DNA from: an uncultured Bacteroidales bacterium | Lineage (GTDB): Bacteria; Bacteroidota; Bacteroidia; Bacteroidales; JAEINX01 | Direction: 5' to 3' | Assembly (NCBI GenBank): GCA_964462015.1 | Contig: CAYWXI010000010.1 | Location: forward strand, 19,819-83,818 | DNA: 64,000 nucleotides | In this document: positions 8,886 to 17,682 of the stretch, in pieces | How positions within the stretch are numbered: the first letter of the stretch is position 1 | Layout of the letters: each line of letters begins with the position of its first letter | Position numbers and translations under genes: made by a program | The notes under the pieces: model-generated | What the model saw: the letters and a program-made list of their open reading frames with translations, nothing else | Told to the model about the DNA's origin: nothing | Databases searched by the model: none

Positions 8886-11675
8886 TCAATGAGCTTCAAG
8901 CCAATTATTACCTGTATTAATATCTATTTCGATAGGAACGGTTAATTTAATTGCATTTTTCATTTTATCTGAAATGATAGGTTTTACTACCTCCAATTCA
9001 CTTTTATAAGTGTCAAATACTAATTCATCGTGAACCTGAAGTATCATTTTTGATTTTAAATTTTGCTTTTCAAATTCATTAAAAATATCAATCATTGCAA
9101 TTTTAATCATATCGGCTGAGGAACCCTGAATTGGGGCATTAATTGCATTTCGTTCGGCAAATCCTCTCACAACGGCATTATTAGAGTTGATATCACGCAA
9201 ATAGCGACGTCGACCCATTATTGTTTCAACATATCCGTTTTTTCTGGCAAATTCTTTGATTTTTTCCATATAATTTTTCAAATCCGGATATTTCATAAAA
9301 TATTGTTTAATAATCTCGGAGGCTTCTTTTCTGGAAATATTCAATTGCTCGGAAAGTCCGAAAGCCGAAATTCCATAAATTATTCCAAAATTAACCGATT
9401 TGGCATTTCGCCGCATATCTGAAGTAACTTCATCAATTGCTACACCATAAACTTTAGCTGCGGTCGAAGTATGAATGTCAATACCTGATTTGAAGGCTTC
9501 AAGCATGCCGTTGTCTTTGCTGAGTTCGGCTATTATACGCAATTCAATCTGAGAGTAATCGGCGGCAAGTAAAATGTAATTTTCATTTCTTGGAACAAAG
9601 GCTTTTCGTATTTCACGACCTTTTTCGGTTCGAATTGGAATATTTTGCAGATTCGGATTATTTGAGCTTAAACGACCCGTGGACGTAACGGCCTGGTTAT
9701 ACGAAGTGTGTATCCTTCCATCGCGTTTGCTAACCAGATTTGGTAATGCATCAACATAGGTTGATTTCAGTTTTGTCAACGAACGATAATCAAGAATGCT
9801 CTGAATTATAGGATGCTTATTTATAAGTTTTTTAAGCACTTCTTCACCTGTGGAATATTGTTTGGTTTTTGTTAGTTTAGGTTTGTCGCTTACTTTAAGT
9901 TTCTCGAATAATATTTCACCTAATTGTTTTGGTGATGAAATGTTAAACTCAGAATGCGAAAGTTCATAAATTTTGTTTCGTATTTCAAAGATTTGTTCCT
10001 GCAATTCTTTCGAGAATGTATTCAAAGCTTTGGTGTCAAGTTTTACACCTTCTGCCTCCATTGATGACAAGACTTTTATTAAAGGTGTCTCAACTTCATT
10101 AAAAAGTTTTGTATTATTTGTTTCGAGAAGAATTGGTTCAAAAACATTTTTTAGCTGAAGAGTAATATCAGCATCCTCACATGCATAATCTTTAATAGTT
10201 TCAATATTTACTGATCGCATGCTTCGTTGATTCTTTCCTTTTTTTCCAATTAAAGTTTCGGTTGATACCGGTGAATAATTTAAGTAGGTTTCGGCGAGTA
10301 CATCCATATTATGTCGCTGATCAGGCTGAATAAGATAATGGGCAAGCATAGTATCGAAGAATTTACCCTTAACGTCAATATCGTACCATCGGAGCATTGA
10401 AATGTCGAATTTCAGGTTTTGCCCTATTTTTTCAATTTTTGGTCTTTCCAAAATTGATTTGAATTCTTTAACAATTTCATAGCAATCATTATAGTTTTCA
10501 GGCAAAGGAATATAAAATGCCTCATCAGGTTGATAGGAAAATGATAATCCAACCAACTCAGCATTATTTGTATCTGTTCCGGTTGTTTCCGTATCAAAAC
10601 AAAAATATTGTTGTTTGGATAATGTTTTGATAAGTTCGCTTCTCTTTTCTTTATCATCAACCAAAATATAATTATGATTGGTGTTAAGAATCGTTTTCAA
10701 GGTATTTTCCCGGGTTTCTTCAAATTCGGAATTTCCAGCAAACAGGTCAGCTTGAAGCTCTGCTGATTTAAAGTTATCTTTGTTATTCTCAAGCGAAAAG
10801 TCAGCAAAAATCCTTTTTGCCAAGGCCCTAAATTCAAGTTCATCAAATAATTGCTTTAAAGCATTAAAATCGGGGCTACTTTTTTCAAGTTGTTTCTCAT
10901 CAAATTCAATAGGGACATCAAGGATTATGGTTGCAAGCTTTTTAGACATCAAAGCCTGATCGGCAAATCTTTCAATATTTTCTTTTTGTTTTCCTTTCAG
11001 GCTTTCAGTGTTTTGTAAAAGGTTTTCGATACTATCGAATTCATTGATCAAAATTGAAGCTCTTTTTTCACCAACTCCGGGCACTCCGGGAATATTATCA
11101 GAAACATCGCCCCAAAGACCGAGAATATCTATTAATTGTTCGGGACGTTTTATTCCATATTTATTACAAATTTCTTCAACACCGATTTTTTCGGCCATTT
11201 TTCCCATGCGAGCAGGTTTGTACATGAAAATATTTTTAGAAACAAGTTGTCCAAAATCTTTGTCGGGAGTCATCATATAAACATCAAATCCTTCTTTTTC
11301 TGCTTCCTTAGATAAAGTTCCTATCACATCATCAGCCTCGTAACCATCTACAAATAAAATCGGGATATTCATTATCTCAATCAGTTGCTTAATAACAGGA
11401 ATTGAAATTGCAATATCTTCGGGCATTCTTTCACGTGTAGCCTTATATTCCGTAAACTCTTCATGCCTGACAGTCGGAGCAATAGTATCGAAAGCAACAC
11501 CGATATGAGTAGGTTTTTCTTTTTTTATAACTTCAAATAAAGTATTTGCAAAACCAAGAATTGCTGAGGTGTTCATACCTTTTGAGTTTATTCTCGGATT
11601 TTTATTTAATGCAAAATAAGCTCTGTAGATCAAAGCCATTGCATCAAGAAGAAAAAGCTTTTTTGTTTCGGGCAT
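8886..11675 (-). CDS. polA: DNA polymerase I
   Basis: 5'-nuclease, 3'-5' exonuclease and polymerase domains. Motif A 'DYSQIELR', motif B 'RRNAKSVNFGIIYG', motif C 'QVHDEL'. ATG at 11675 is preferred over the TTG at 11693, which overlaps the promoter box. Confidence 0.97.
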   Translation of the reverse strand: MPETKKLFLLDAMALIYRAYFALNKNPRINSKGMNTSAILGFANTLFEVIKKEKPTHIGVAFDTIAPTVRHEEFTEYKATRERMPEDIAISIPVIKQLIEIMNIPILFVDGYEADDVIGTLSKEAEKEGFDVYMMTPDKDFGQLVSKNIFMYKPARMGKMAEKIGVEEICNKYGIKRPEQLIDILGLWGDVSDNIPGVPGVGEKRASILINEFDSIENLLQNTESLKGKQKENIERFADQALMSKKLATIILDVPIEFDEKQLEKSSPDFNALKQLFDELEFRALAKRIFADFSLENNKDNFKSAELQADLFAGNSEFEETRENTLKTILNTNHNYILVDDKEKRSELIKTLSKQQYFCFDTETTGTDTNNAELVGLSFSYQPDEAFYIPLPENYNDCYEIVKEFKSILERPKIEKIGQNLKFDISMLRWYDIDVKGKFFDTMLAHYLIQPDQRHNMDVLAETYLNYSPVSTETLIGKKGKNQRSMRSVNIETIKDYACEDADITLQLKNVFEPILLETNNTKLFNEVETPLIKVLSSMEAEGVKLDTKALNTFSKELQEQIFEIRNKIYELSHSEFNISSPKQLGEILFEKLKVSDKPKLTKTKQYSTGEEVLKKLINKHPIIQSILDYRSLTKLKSTYVDALPNLVSKRDGRIHTSYNQAVTSTGRLSSNNPNLQNIPIRTEKGREIRKAFVPRNENYILLAADYSQIELRIIAELSKDNGMLEAFKSGIDIHTSTAAKVYGVAIDEVTSDMRRNAKSVNFGIIYGISAFGLSEQLNISRKEASEIIKQYFMKYPDLKNYMEKIKEFARKNGYVETIMGRRRYLRDINSNNAVVRGFAERNAINAPIQGSSADMIKIAMIDIFNEFEKQNLKSKMILQVHDELVFDTYKSELEVVKPIISDKMKNAIKLTVPIEIDINTGNNWLEAH

Positions 11676-11690
11676 AAAAAAATATTTTGC

Positions 11691-11698
11691 CAAAAATA
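11691..11698 (-). promoter_or_regulatory. candidate Bacteroidota -7 box (TATTTTTG) for polA
   Basis: Plus strand reads CAAAAATA, giving TAnnTTTG on the minus strand. Lies 16 nt upstream of the ATG at 11675. Confidence 0.4.
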
Positions 11699-11718
11699 CT
11701 GATTAATTCCGAATCAGA

Positions 11719-11739
11719 GAATGAGTGAATGAGTGAATG
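11719..11739. repeat. tandem GAATGAGT repeat (about 2.6 copies)
   Basis: 'gaatgagtgaatgagtgaatg' within the purine-rich tract 11711-11740, upstream of polA. Confidence 0.6.
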
Positions 11740-11842
11740 CTTTAATGTTTTAAGAGAATTAACAGAAAATTAAAGGTCCATTAAATGTTGAATGAATAAA
11801 ATATTATATAGATTTGTATGAAAAAACTATGAATATTTTTCT

Positions 11843-11871
11843 AAAAAAACCCCCCGCAAATATGCGAGGGG
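11843..11871 (-). terminator. intrinsic terminator on the minus strand with no upstream ORF
   Basis: Minus strand: GC stem ccctcgc/gcgggg (7 bp, one bulge, 6-nt loop) followed by 7 T. GC-rich hairpin in an AT-rich spacer. Confidence 0.55.
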
Positions 11872-11948
11872 CCTAACCAAATGAATTATGAAAAGAAGTT
11901 ATTTTTAACTGGCTTCAATAACCAGTATCTTAAGTTTCTTTTTTAATT
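11843..11948 (-). ncRNA. candidate small RNA of about 100 nt, family not recognised
   Basis: Bounded by a TACATTTG -7 box (11955-11962) and the terminator at 11843-11871. Internal hairpins actgg/ccagt and agtta/taact. No ATG within the unit. Confidence 0.3.
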
Positions 11949-11954
11949 ATTATA

Positions 11955-11962
11955 CAAATGTA
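11955..11962 (-). promoter_or_regulatory. candidate -7 box (TACATTTG) driving the putative sRNA
   Basis: Plus strand reads CAAATGTA. No protein gene lies downstream on this strand before the terminator. Confidence 0.35.
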
Positions 11963-12008
11963 TGCTTATATATTGAACAATATTGTTAAGGGTTTGTTAA
12001 AAAATGTT

Positions 12009-12016
12009 TATCTTTG
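12009..12016 (+). promoter_or_regulatory. candidate -7 box (TATCTTTG) for the response regulator
   Basis: Matches TAnnTTTG about 90 nt upstream of the ATG at 12108. Confidence 0.35.
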
Positions 12017-12107
12017 CTACTAAATTTAAAATTATCAACTATAATGACAATGTATTTTCTTTTAGATTCATAATGCAAATAATAGCGAGAAACATAAAAC
12101 TAATTAA

Positions 12108-12851
12108 ATGGAAGGTAGTAAAGGATTAGAAAACAATAAATTGCCAGAAGGAACAGCATTCAATGAAATTTCAATTCTAGTCGTTGAAGATAATCCTAAT
12201 ATAAATATTTTATTGCAAAAATATCTTGAAAAACTTTCTTTTAATGTTGTGATATGTATTGATGGTGAACAGGGATTCAAATACTTCAAAGAATCACATT
12301 TCGACCTTTGTATTATAGATATTATGATACCCAAAATGGATGGATTTAACCTGGTAAAGAAAATTAGGGCAATTGATGAAAATATCCCTATAATTTTTCT
12401 TACCGCAAAAACTTTTATTGAAGACAGAATAAAAGGATTTGAAGTAGGATGTGATGATTATATGACAAAACCGTTTAGCACACGCGAACTTGGTTTACGT
12501 ATAAATGCAATTCTAAAACGTTCTTTGGTAAACAAAAATGGAAATAAAGGAATTGTTTATCAAATTGGAAGATATGTTTTTGATTATAGCGATATGTCAT
12601 TAATATTGGATGGATCAAAACAGATACTTACAAGAAAGGAAGCTGCACTGTTAAAATTATTTTGTGAAAATAAAAACAGATTGATTCAGCGTAAGGAAGC
12701 AATGATAGCAATATGGGGTAAAGAAGATTATTTCATCGGTAGAAGTATGGATGTTTTTATTACAAAAATAAGAAAACACTTAAAAGCCGATTCCAATATT
12801 TCAATTACCAATGTTCATGGTTCTGGATTTAAACTTGAAGAAAACATATAG
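12108..12851 (+). CDS. OmpR/PhoB-family response regulator (receiver plus winged-helix DNA-binding domain)
   Basis: 'ILVVEDNP', 'DLCIIDIMIPKMDG' and 'FLTAK' receiver motifs. C-terminal trans_reg_C-like 'LTRKEAALLKLF...VFITKIRKHL'. Confidence 0.9.
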   Translation: MEGSKGLENNKLPEGTAFNEISILVVEDNPNINILLQKYLEKLSFNVVICIDGEQGFKYFKESHFDLCIIDIMIPKMDGFNLVKKIRAIDENIPIIFLTAKTFIEDRIKGFEVGCDDYMTKPFSTRELGLRINAILKRSLVNKNGNKGIVYQIGRYVFDYSDMSLILDGSKQILTRKEAALLKLFCENKNRLIQRKEAMIAIWGKEDYFIGRSMDVFITKIRKHLKADSNISITNVHGSGFKLEENI

Positions 12852-12923
12852 CAAGAAGCAAGTTTATTTATATTAAAGCTTTTAAAAAAGCGAAATATAT
12901 AATCGTTTCAAAATATTCAATTA

Positions 12924-12978
12924 CTGAAACTTGAAATTTGGTTTATCAACTAAAGTTTTACCAAATTTCAAATTTCAG
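12924..12978. terminator. AT-rich hairpin between convergent genes (possible bidirectional terminator)
   Basis: 19-nt arms ctgaaacttgaaatttggt / accaaatttcaaatttcag with one mismatch and a 17-nt loop. No clear T-run. Confidence 0.35.
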
Positions 12979-13048
12979 ATTAAGGTGTTAGAATAAGGAG
13001 ATCAAATGAGTCAATTATTTTAGTTGATTATGAAAAATAAAATTCGTT

Positions 13049-14707
13049 CTAATCAATAATAGATATTTTCCGTGTTACTACCTTTTCTCCAATCGATATT
13101 CTCAGAAAATATACTCCGGAGATCAAATTCTCACGGTCAATTTTTATTTTATGATTACCTGCTTCGAGTTTACCTTCATCTATTTTATAGACTAATTCAC
13201 CAATAATATTAAAAACACCCAAAGAAACATCTTGTTCTTTTGATAAAACAAAATTGACCTCAGTTGATTCGTTGAAAGGATTTGGAAATATATTCAGGCA
13301 TTCGGTATCAATCAAATTTTCAATACCAACACCACTTTCAGTCTTAAATTGAATAGATTTATATGACTCAAATCCCATCCATTGTGCAATGTATGTATTT
13401 GTACCATAATATAGTACAGCCATTCCAGGTGTCGTAAGGCCATCACCTCCGGCATCATACAGATTAAATTTATAACATTCGGACGAATTAAGATTAAATA
13501 CCTCCTGTATCACCTGGCTTGATTGAGAATACGGTCCACCTGAATAAACAATCTCATTATTATTATCAAGAATTTCCCATGTTGTTTCTTCAGGATTTAC
13601 ATCAGTCCTAAGAAATAATTTTACTTCAGCGGGAGTTTCCTCTGCTTCGGGAATTAATGCTGTTTGAGTATCATTATCGGGATATTGGTCAACATTCCCG
13701 TTTGGATTAGATGTAGTAACTGTCAGAACATTTGAAAGTTCAACTGAAAAATCAATTTGAGGAAGAGTAAAAGTTGCAGTTTCAAGATAGGCTAAATTAC
13801 CTGTCCAGGCAAAAATTTCATTCCCTCCATTGTTTACATTATATTCAATATCAACATTTGTTAAATCATCACTTCCAGTGTTTCGAATAGTAACTTCAGG
13901 TTCTAATAATCCATCACAAATTGCTTCAGGTAACATCGAAATTTTTGTTATTGATGCATCATATTGATTTGTAGTACCAAATTCCGAAATATTCACTTTT
14001 TTGCCTTGTAAAATTTCCTTAGAAGTAGTGTTTTGAATAAACAAGACCAATTCACAATGCTCATAATTCCAATCCGAATCTTTGTTGAATTGCAATGAAA
14101 TTTCCTGTGTATTGCTTTGGGAAAAATCAAGAGTTGTACCAAATTGATTAGGTATCATTAATCTTTCAACAAAATTTAGCTCCGGTAGTCCCTGCCAAAA
14201 TTCCTCAATATGTGATTCGGTAAGAACAGCATGTAACACAAGATTATTGCCGGTGTATGCTGCAACTTTTTCAATAGTTACATTCACATTATATTCTTCA
14301 AGGCCGGTGTTAGTTCCCTCAACAGCAACTGTAAACGATGAAAGGACAGCTTTTCTTTGATTATATTTCGGTAAATACGAAGAATATAAACTTTGTGTTG
14401 AACTTCCACCGGATACTGTAAGTATTCCGTCAAATTTTGAAGTCGGATAACCTGTAACTCCATAGTAATTTATTCTTGATACTGAATAAGAATTTTGGTA
14501 ATCATCTCCGCCGTGATATTCAACTACAGCAACATCATGGCCGTTTTCAATTAAGTCATCCGCACCCATAGCTGCACCCGGGCAATATTGGCACCAGGTA
14601 CCTGTGACAATCTCTAAAATCACCATCTCTCTTTCAACTTGTTGGGCAGTTATAAAATTACCAGTAATAATGATAATGGCAAAGCATAAAATTAATATCT
14701 TTTTCAT
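13049..14707 (-). CDS. secreted thioredoxin-like (Omp28-related type) protein with T9SS type-A C-terminal sorting domain
   Basis: Signal peptide. 'VTGTWCQYCPGAAMG' CxxC motif. C-terminal 'LNIFPNPFNESTEV...GVYFLRISIGEKVVTRKISI', typical of a T9SS CTD. Confidence 0.65.
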   Translation of the reverse strand: MKKILILCFAIIIITGNFITAQQVEREMVILEIVTGTWCQYCPGAAMGADDLIENGHDVAVVEYHGGDDYQNSYSVSRINYYGVTGYPTSKFDGILTVSGGSSTQSLYSSYLPKYNQRKAVLSSFTVAVEGTNTGLEEYNVNVTIEKVAAYTGNNLVLHAVLTESHIEEFWQGLPELNFVERLMIPNQFGTTLDFSQSNTQEISLQFNKDSDWNYEHCELVLFIQNTTSKEILQGKKVNISEFGTTNQYDASITKISMLPEAICDGLLEPEVTIRNTGSDDLTNVDIEYNVNNGGNEIFAWTGNLAYLETATFTLPQIDFSVELSNVLTVTTSNPNGNVDQYPDNDTQTALIPEAEETPAEVKLFLRTDVNPEETTWEILDNNNEIVYSGGPYSQSSQVIQEVFNLNSSECYKFNLYDAGGDGLTTPGMAVLYYGTNTYIAQWMGFESYKSIQFKTESGVGIENLIDTECLNIFPNPFNESTEVNFVLSKEQDVSLGVFNIIGELVYKIDEGKLEAGNHKIKIDRENLISGVYFLRISIGEKVVTRKISIID

Positions 14708-14745
14708 AATTTGTATAATTAAATATATTTAAACTTATAAGTTTG

Positions 14746-14753
14746 CAAATCTA
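14746..14753 (-). promoter_or_regulatory. candidate -7 box (TAGATTTG) for the 13049-14707 gene
   Basis: Plus strand reads CAAATCTA, 39 nt upstream of the ATG at 14707. Confidence 0.35.
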
Positions 14754-14813
14754 TGCTCTTTTTTAAAAGTAGAAATATTTTTTAACTTTTTTTTGTGAAA
14801 AATAAAATATCCG

Positions 14814-14821
14814 TATTTTTG
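14814..14821 (+). promoter_or_regulatory. candidate -7 box (TATTTTTG) for paralog copy 1
   Basis: Matches TAnnTTTG about 125 nt upstream of the ATG at 14946. Confidence 0.3.
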
Positions 14822-14945
14822 TAAACAATTATACAAAAAGATATATATCTATACTATAATGTATAATTTTCGTTCTTATAAAGAAACATTGTCATGTTCT
14901 ATAAGATTTATTAAAATAAAATATTAATTACAAAATTTTAAACCA

Positions 14946-15911
14946 ATGAAAAAAAACTTATTATTCACATTGATTGCCTGCTTATTTATTCTAACAGGCT
15001 TTTCACAAAGTCTTACTCTACAAACTACTGAAGGAGTTAATATTGAAAATGGTGGTGAAATAACTGTTTACGGTGAAGAAACTGCCGTAGAAATTATTAG
15101 TCATCTTCATGTAACAAATACTAGTGCGTCAGCTATTAATGTATCCGTACACAGAAATCAAATTTATATGGTTGATAATACATTTAGTATGTTTTGTTGG
15201 GGTATATGTTATGGCCCTGATGTTAATCAATCAGCATTTCCAATTGAAATAGCTGCCGGAGCTACAAATGAGGATGATTTTTCAGGGCATTATCATCCTG
15301 AAGGAAATATTGGTACTTCAATAGTTTCTTATACTTTTTATGATGAGAGCAATTCCAATGATTCAATTATGGTCATTATTAATTATGCTGCAGGAATAGA
15401 AGGCCAGGCTATTGCAGTTGAGCCAGGATTCCAATTTGTGTCAAGCAGAATTAATCCAACAAACCCTGACCTGATGGTAGTTGCCATGGATATTATAAAT
15501 GATGATCTTGATTATATAAGAAACTCGGAAGGAGCTATGCTAAGAAAAATCGGGCCAAACTGGGTTAATGGTATTGGTGATTGGGTCGGTACAGAAGGGT
15601 ATTTGGTTAAAACTAACGGAACCGGACAATTCAGTGTTGAAGGTACAGTAATACCCGTTGATACACCAATTAATGTAGAAGCAGGCTTTCAATTTGTAAG
15701 CTATTTACCGGACTTTGGAATGGATGCATTACTTGCTTTTGAAACTATCATTGGAGATAACCTGGTATATATTAGAGATTCCGAAGGTTCCATGTTACGA
15801 AAAATCGGACCGAACTGGGTTAACGGTATAGGAGATTGTGCACCTACTGAAGGTTATTTAGTAAAAATGTCAGGAGATGCTGTCCTGGTTTATCCCGGAT
15901 TTGATAAATAA
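14946..15911 (+). CDS. secreted protein of unknown family, tandem paralog 1
   Basis: Signal peptide 'MKKNLLFTLIACLFILTGFSQS'. N-terminal domain with 'FCWGICY'. Two internal ~72-aa repeats containing 'MLRKIGPNWVNGIGD'. Confidence 0.8.
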   Translation: MKKNLLFTLIACLFILTGFSQSLTLQTTEGVNIENGGEITVYGEETAVEIISHLHVTNTSASAINVSVHRNQIYMVDNTFSMFCWGICYGPDVNQSAFPIEIAAGATNEDDFSGHYHPEGNIGTSIVSYTFYDESNSNDSIMVIINYAAGIEGQAIAVEPGFQFVSSRINPTNPDLMVVAMDIINDDLDYIRNSEGAMLRKIGPNWVNGIGDWVGTEGYLVKTNGTGQFSVEGTVIPVDTPINVEAGFQFVSYLPDFGMDALLAFETIIGDNLVYIRDSEGSMLRKIGPNWVNGIGDCAPTEGYLVKMSGDAVLVYPGFDK

Positions 15912-15992
15912 TCTATAAGAATGCTTAAAGAATATTAGCATCAATTATTAATTGAACGAAGTTCTCAAAAAATAATCTTTAGTTCAAAAAAC

Positions 15993-16033
15993 AAAAACCA
16001 CCAGAACATTTAAAAATGTTTTGGTGGTTTTTT
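15993..16033 (+). terminator. intrinsic terminator after paralog 1
   Basis: Arms aaccaccagaacatt / aatgttttggtggtt (one G-U position), loop taaa, then a T-run. Confidence 0.75.
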
Positions 16034-16311
16034 CTATTTAAGGTTTTCCCATTTTGTATTGTGAAACCAAACGATTTCATTTTCCAATATAAAGTCTATC
16101 ATTTGCATTTATTGAGAAATATCTGTTTTTCAACAAAAAGAAAGATTACAAAAACAGATATGAGGATGTTTTGTATTTAACAAATTATAATTTGAATTCT
16201 AATAATGTATGCAACCTTATTATTAAACATTTGTCTATTTATAATATATAACCGTTGTATTAAGAATGCAACATTGAAAATAGATAAATTAAATACTAAA
16301 TCTTTAAGCCC

Positions 16312-17277
16312 ATGAAAAAAAACTTATTATTCGCATTGATTGCCTGTTTATTTATGCTGACAGGCTTTTCACAAAGTCTTACAATACAAACTCCTGAGGG
16401 AGTTAATATTCCAAATGGTGGCGAAATAACAATTTACGGTGAAGAGACTGAATTCGAAATTATTTGTCATCTTTATGTAACAAATATTAGTGCATCAGCT
16501 ATTAATGTTTCAGTACAAAGAAATCATATTTATATGGTAAGTGGTTCAAATAGCTTGTTTTGTTGGGGTATGTGTTATGATACAATTGTTAACCAATCGG
16601 CATTTCCAATTGGAATAGATGCCGGTGCTACTAATGAAGAAGATTTTGCAGGGCATTATCGCCCATGTGGAAATGTAGGAACTTCAAGGATTTCATACAA
16701 ATTTTATGACGACAATAATGCCAATGATTCAATAATGGTTATTGTTAATTATGCTGCAGGAATAGAAGGCCAGGCTATTGCAGTTGAGCCCGGATTCCAA
16801 TTTGTTTCAAGCAGAATAAATCCAACGGATCCTGATTTGATGGTAGTTGCGAACGATATTATTAATGATGACCTTAATTATATAAGAAATTCAGAAGGAG
16901 CTATGTTAAGAAAAATCGGGCCAAATTGGGTTAATGGAATTGGTAATTGGGTAGGTACTGAGGGGTATTTGGTTAAAACCAGCGGAACCGGACAATTCAG
17001 TGTTGAAGGCTCAGTAATACCCGTTGATACACCAATCAATGTAGAAGCAGGCTTTCAATTTGTAAGCTATCTACCTGACTATGGAATGGATGCCATGCTT
17101 GCCTTTGAATCTATTATTGGGGATAACCTAATATATATTAGAGACTCCGAAGGTTCCATGTTAAGAAAAATCGGACCTAACTGGGTTAATGGTATCGGAG
17201 ATTGTGCACCTACTGAAGGTTATTTAGTAAAAATGTCAGGAGATGCTGTCCTGGTTTATCCCGGATTTGATAAATAA
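16312..17277 (+). CDS. secreted protein of unknown family, tandem paralog 2
   Basis: Same architecture as copy 1. The C-terminal half is nearly identical; the N-terminal ~147 aa is clearly diverged. Confidence 0.8.
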   Translation: MKKNLLFALIACLFMLTGFSQSLTIQTPEGVNIPNGGEITIYGEETEFEIICHLYVTNISASAINVSVQRNHIYMVSGSNSLFCWGMCYDTIVNQSAFPIGIDAGATNEEDFAGHYRPCGNVGTSRISYKFYDDNNANDSIMVIVNYAAGIEGQAIAVEPGFQFVSSRINPTDPDLMVVANDIINDDLNYIRNSEGAMLRKIGPNWVNGIGNWVGTEGYLVKTSGTGQFSVEGSVIPVDTPINVEAGFQFVSYLPDYGMDAMLAFESIIGDNLIYIRDSEGSMLRKIGPNWVNGIGDCAPTEGYLVKMSGDAVLVYPGFDK

Positions 17278-17356
17278 TTTATAAGAATGCTTAAAGAATA
17301 TTAGTGTCAATTACTTATTGAACGAAGTTCTCAAAAAATAATCTAATTCAAAAAAC

Positions 17357-17397
17357 AAAAACCACCAAACCAATTTATATTGTTTTGGTGGTTTTTT
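17357..17397 (+). terminator. intrinsic terminator after paralog 2
   Basis: Arms aaccaccaaaccaat / attgttttggtggtt with one mismatch, loop ttat, then a T-run. Confidence 0.75.
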
Positions 17398-17682
17398 CTA
17401 TTTAAGGTTTTCACATTTCGTATTGTGAAACCAAACGACTTCATTTCCCGATATAAAGCCTGTCATTTGAATTTGTTTAGAAGCATTAGTTTTTCACCTG
17501 AAAAGAAGATTGCAAAAACAAATATTAGGATGTTTTATGTTTAGCAAATTATAATTTTAATTCTAACAATGTATGCAACCTAATTATTAAACATTTGTCT
17601 ATTTATAATATATAATCATTATGTTAAGAATGTAACATTGAAGATAGATGAATAAAAAATCAAATATGAAATCTTTAAGCCC

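Noticed and set aside
12104-12334. 76-aa minus-strand ORF that might have explained the orphan terminator at 11843-11871.
   Set aside because: It is antisense to the well-supported response-regulator gene and ends at 12104, more than 230 nt from the terminator. It is unlikely to be real.
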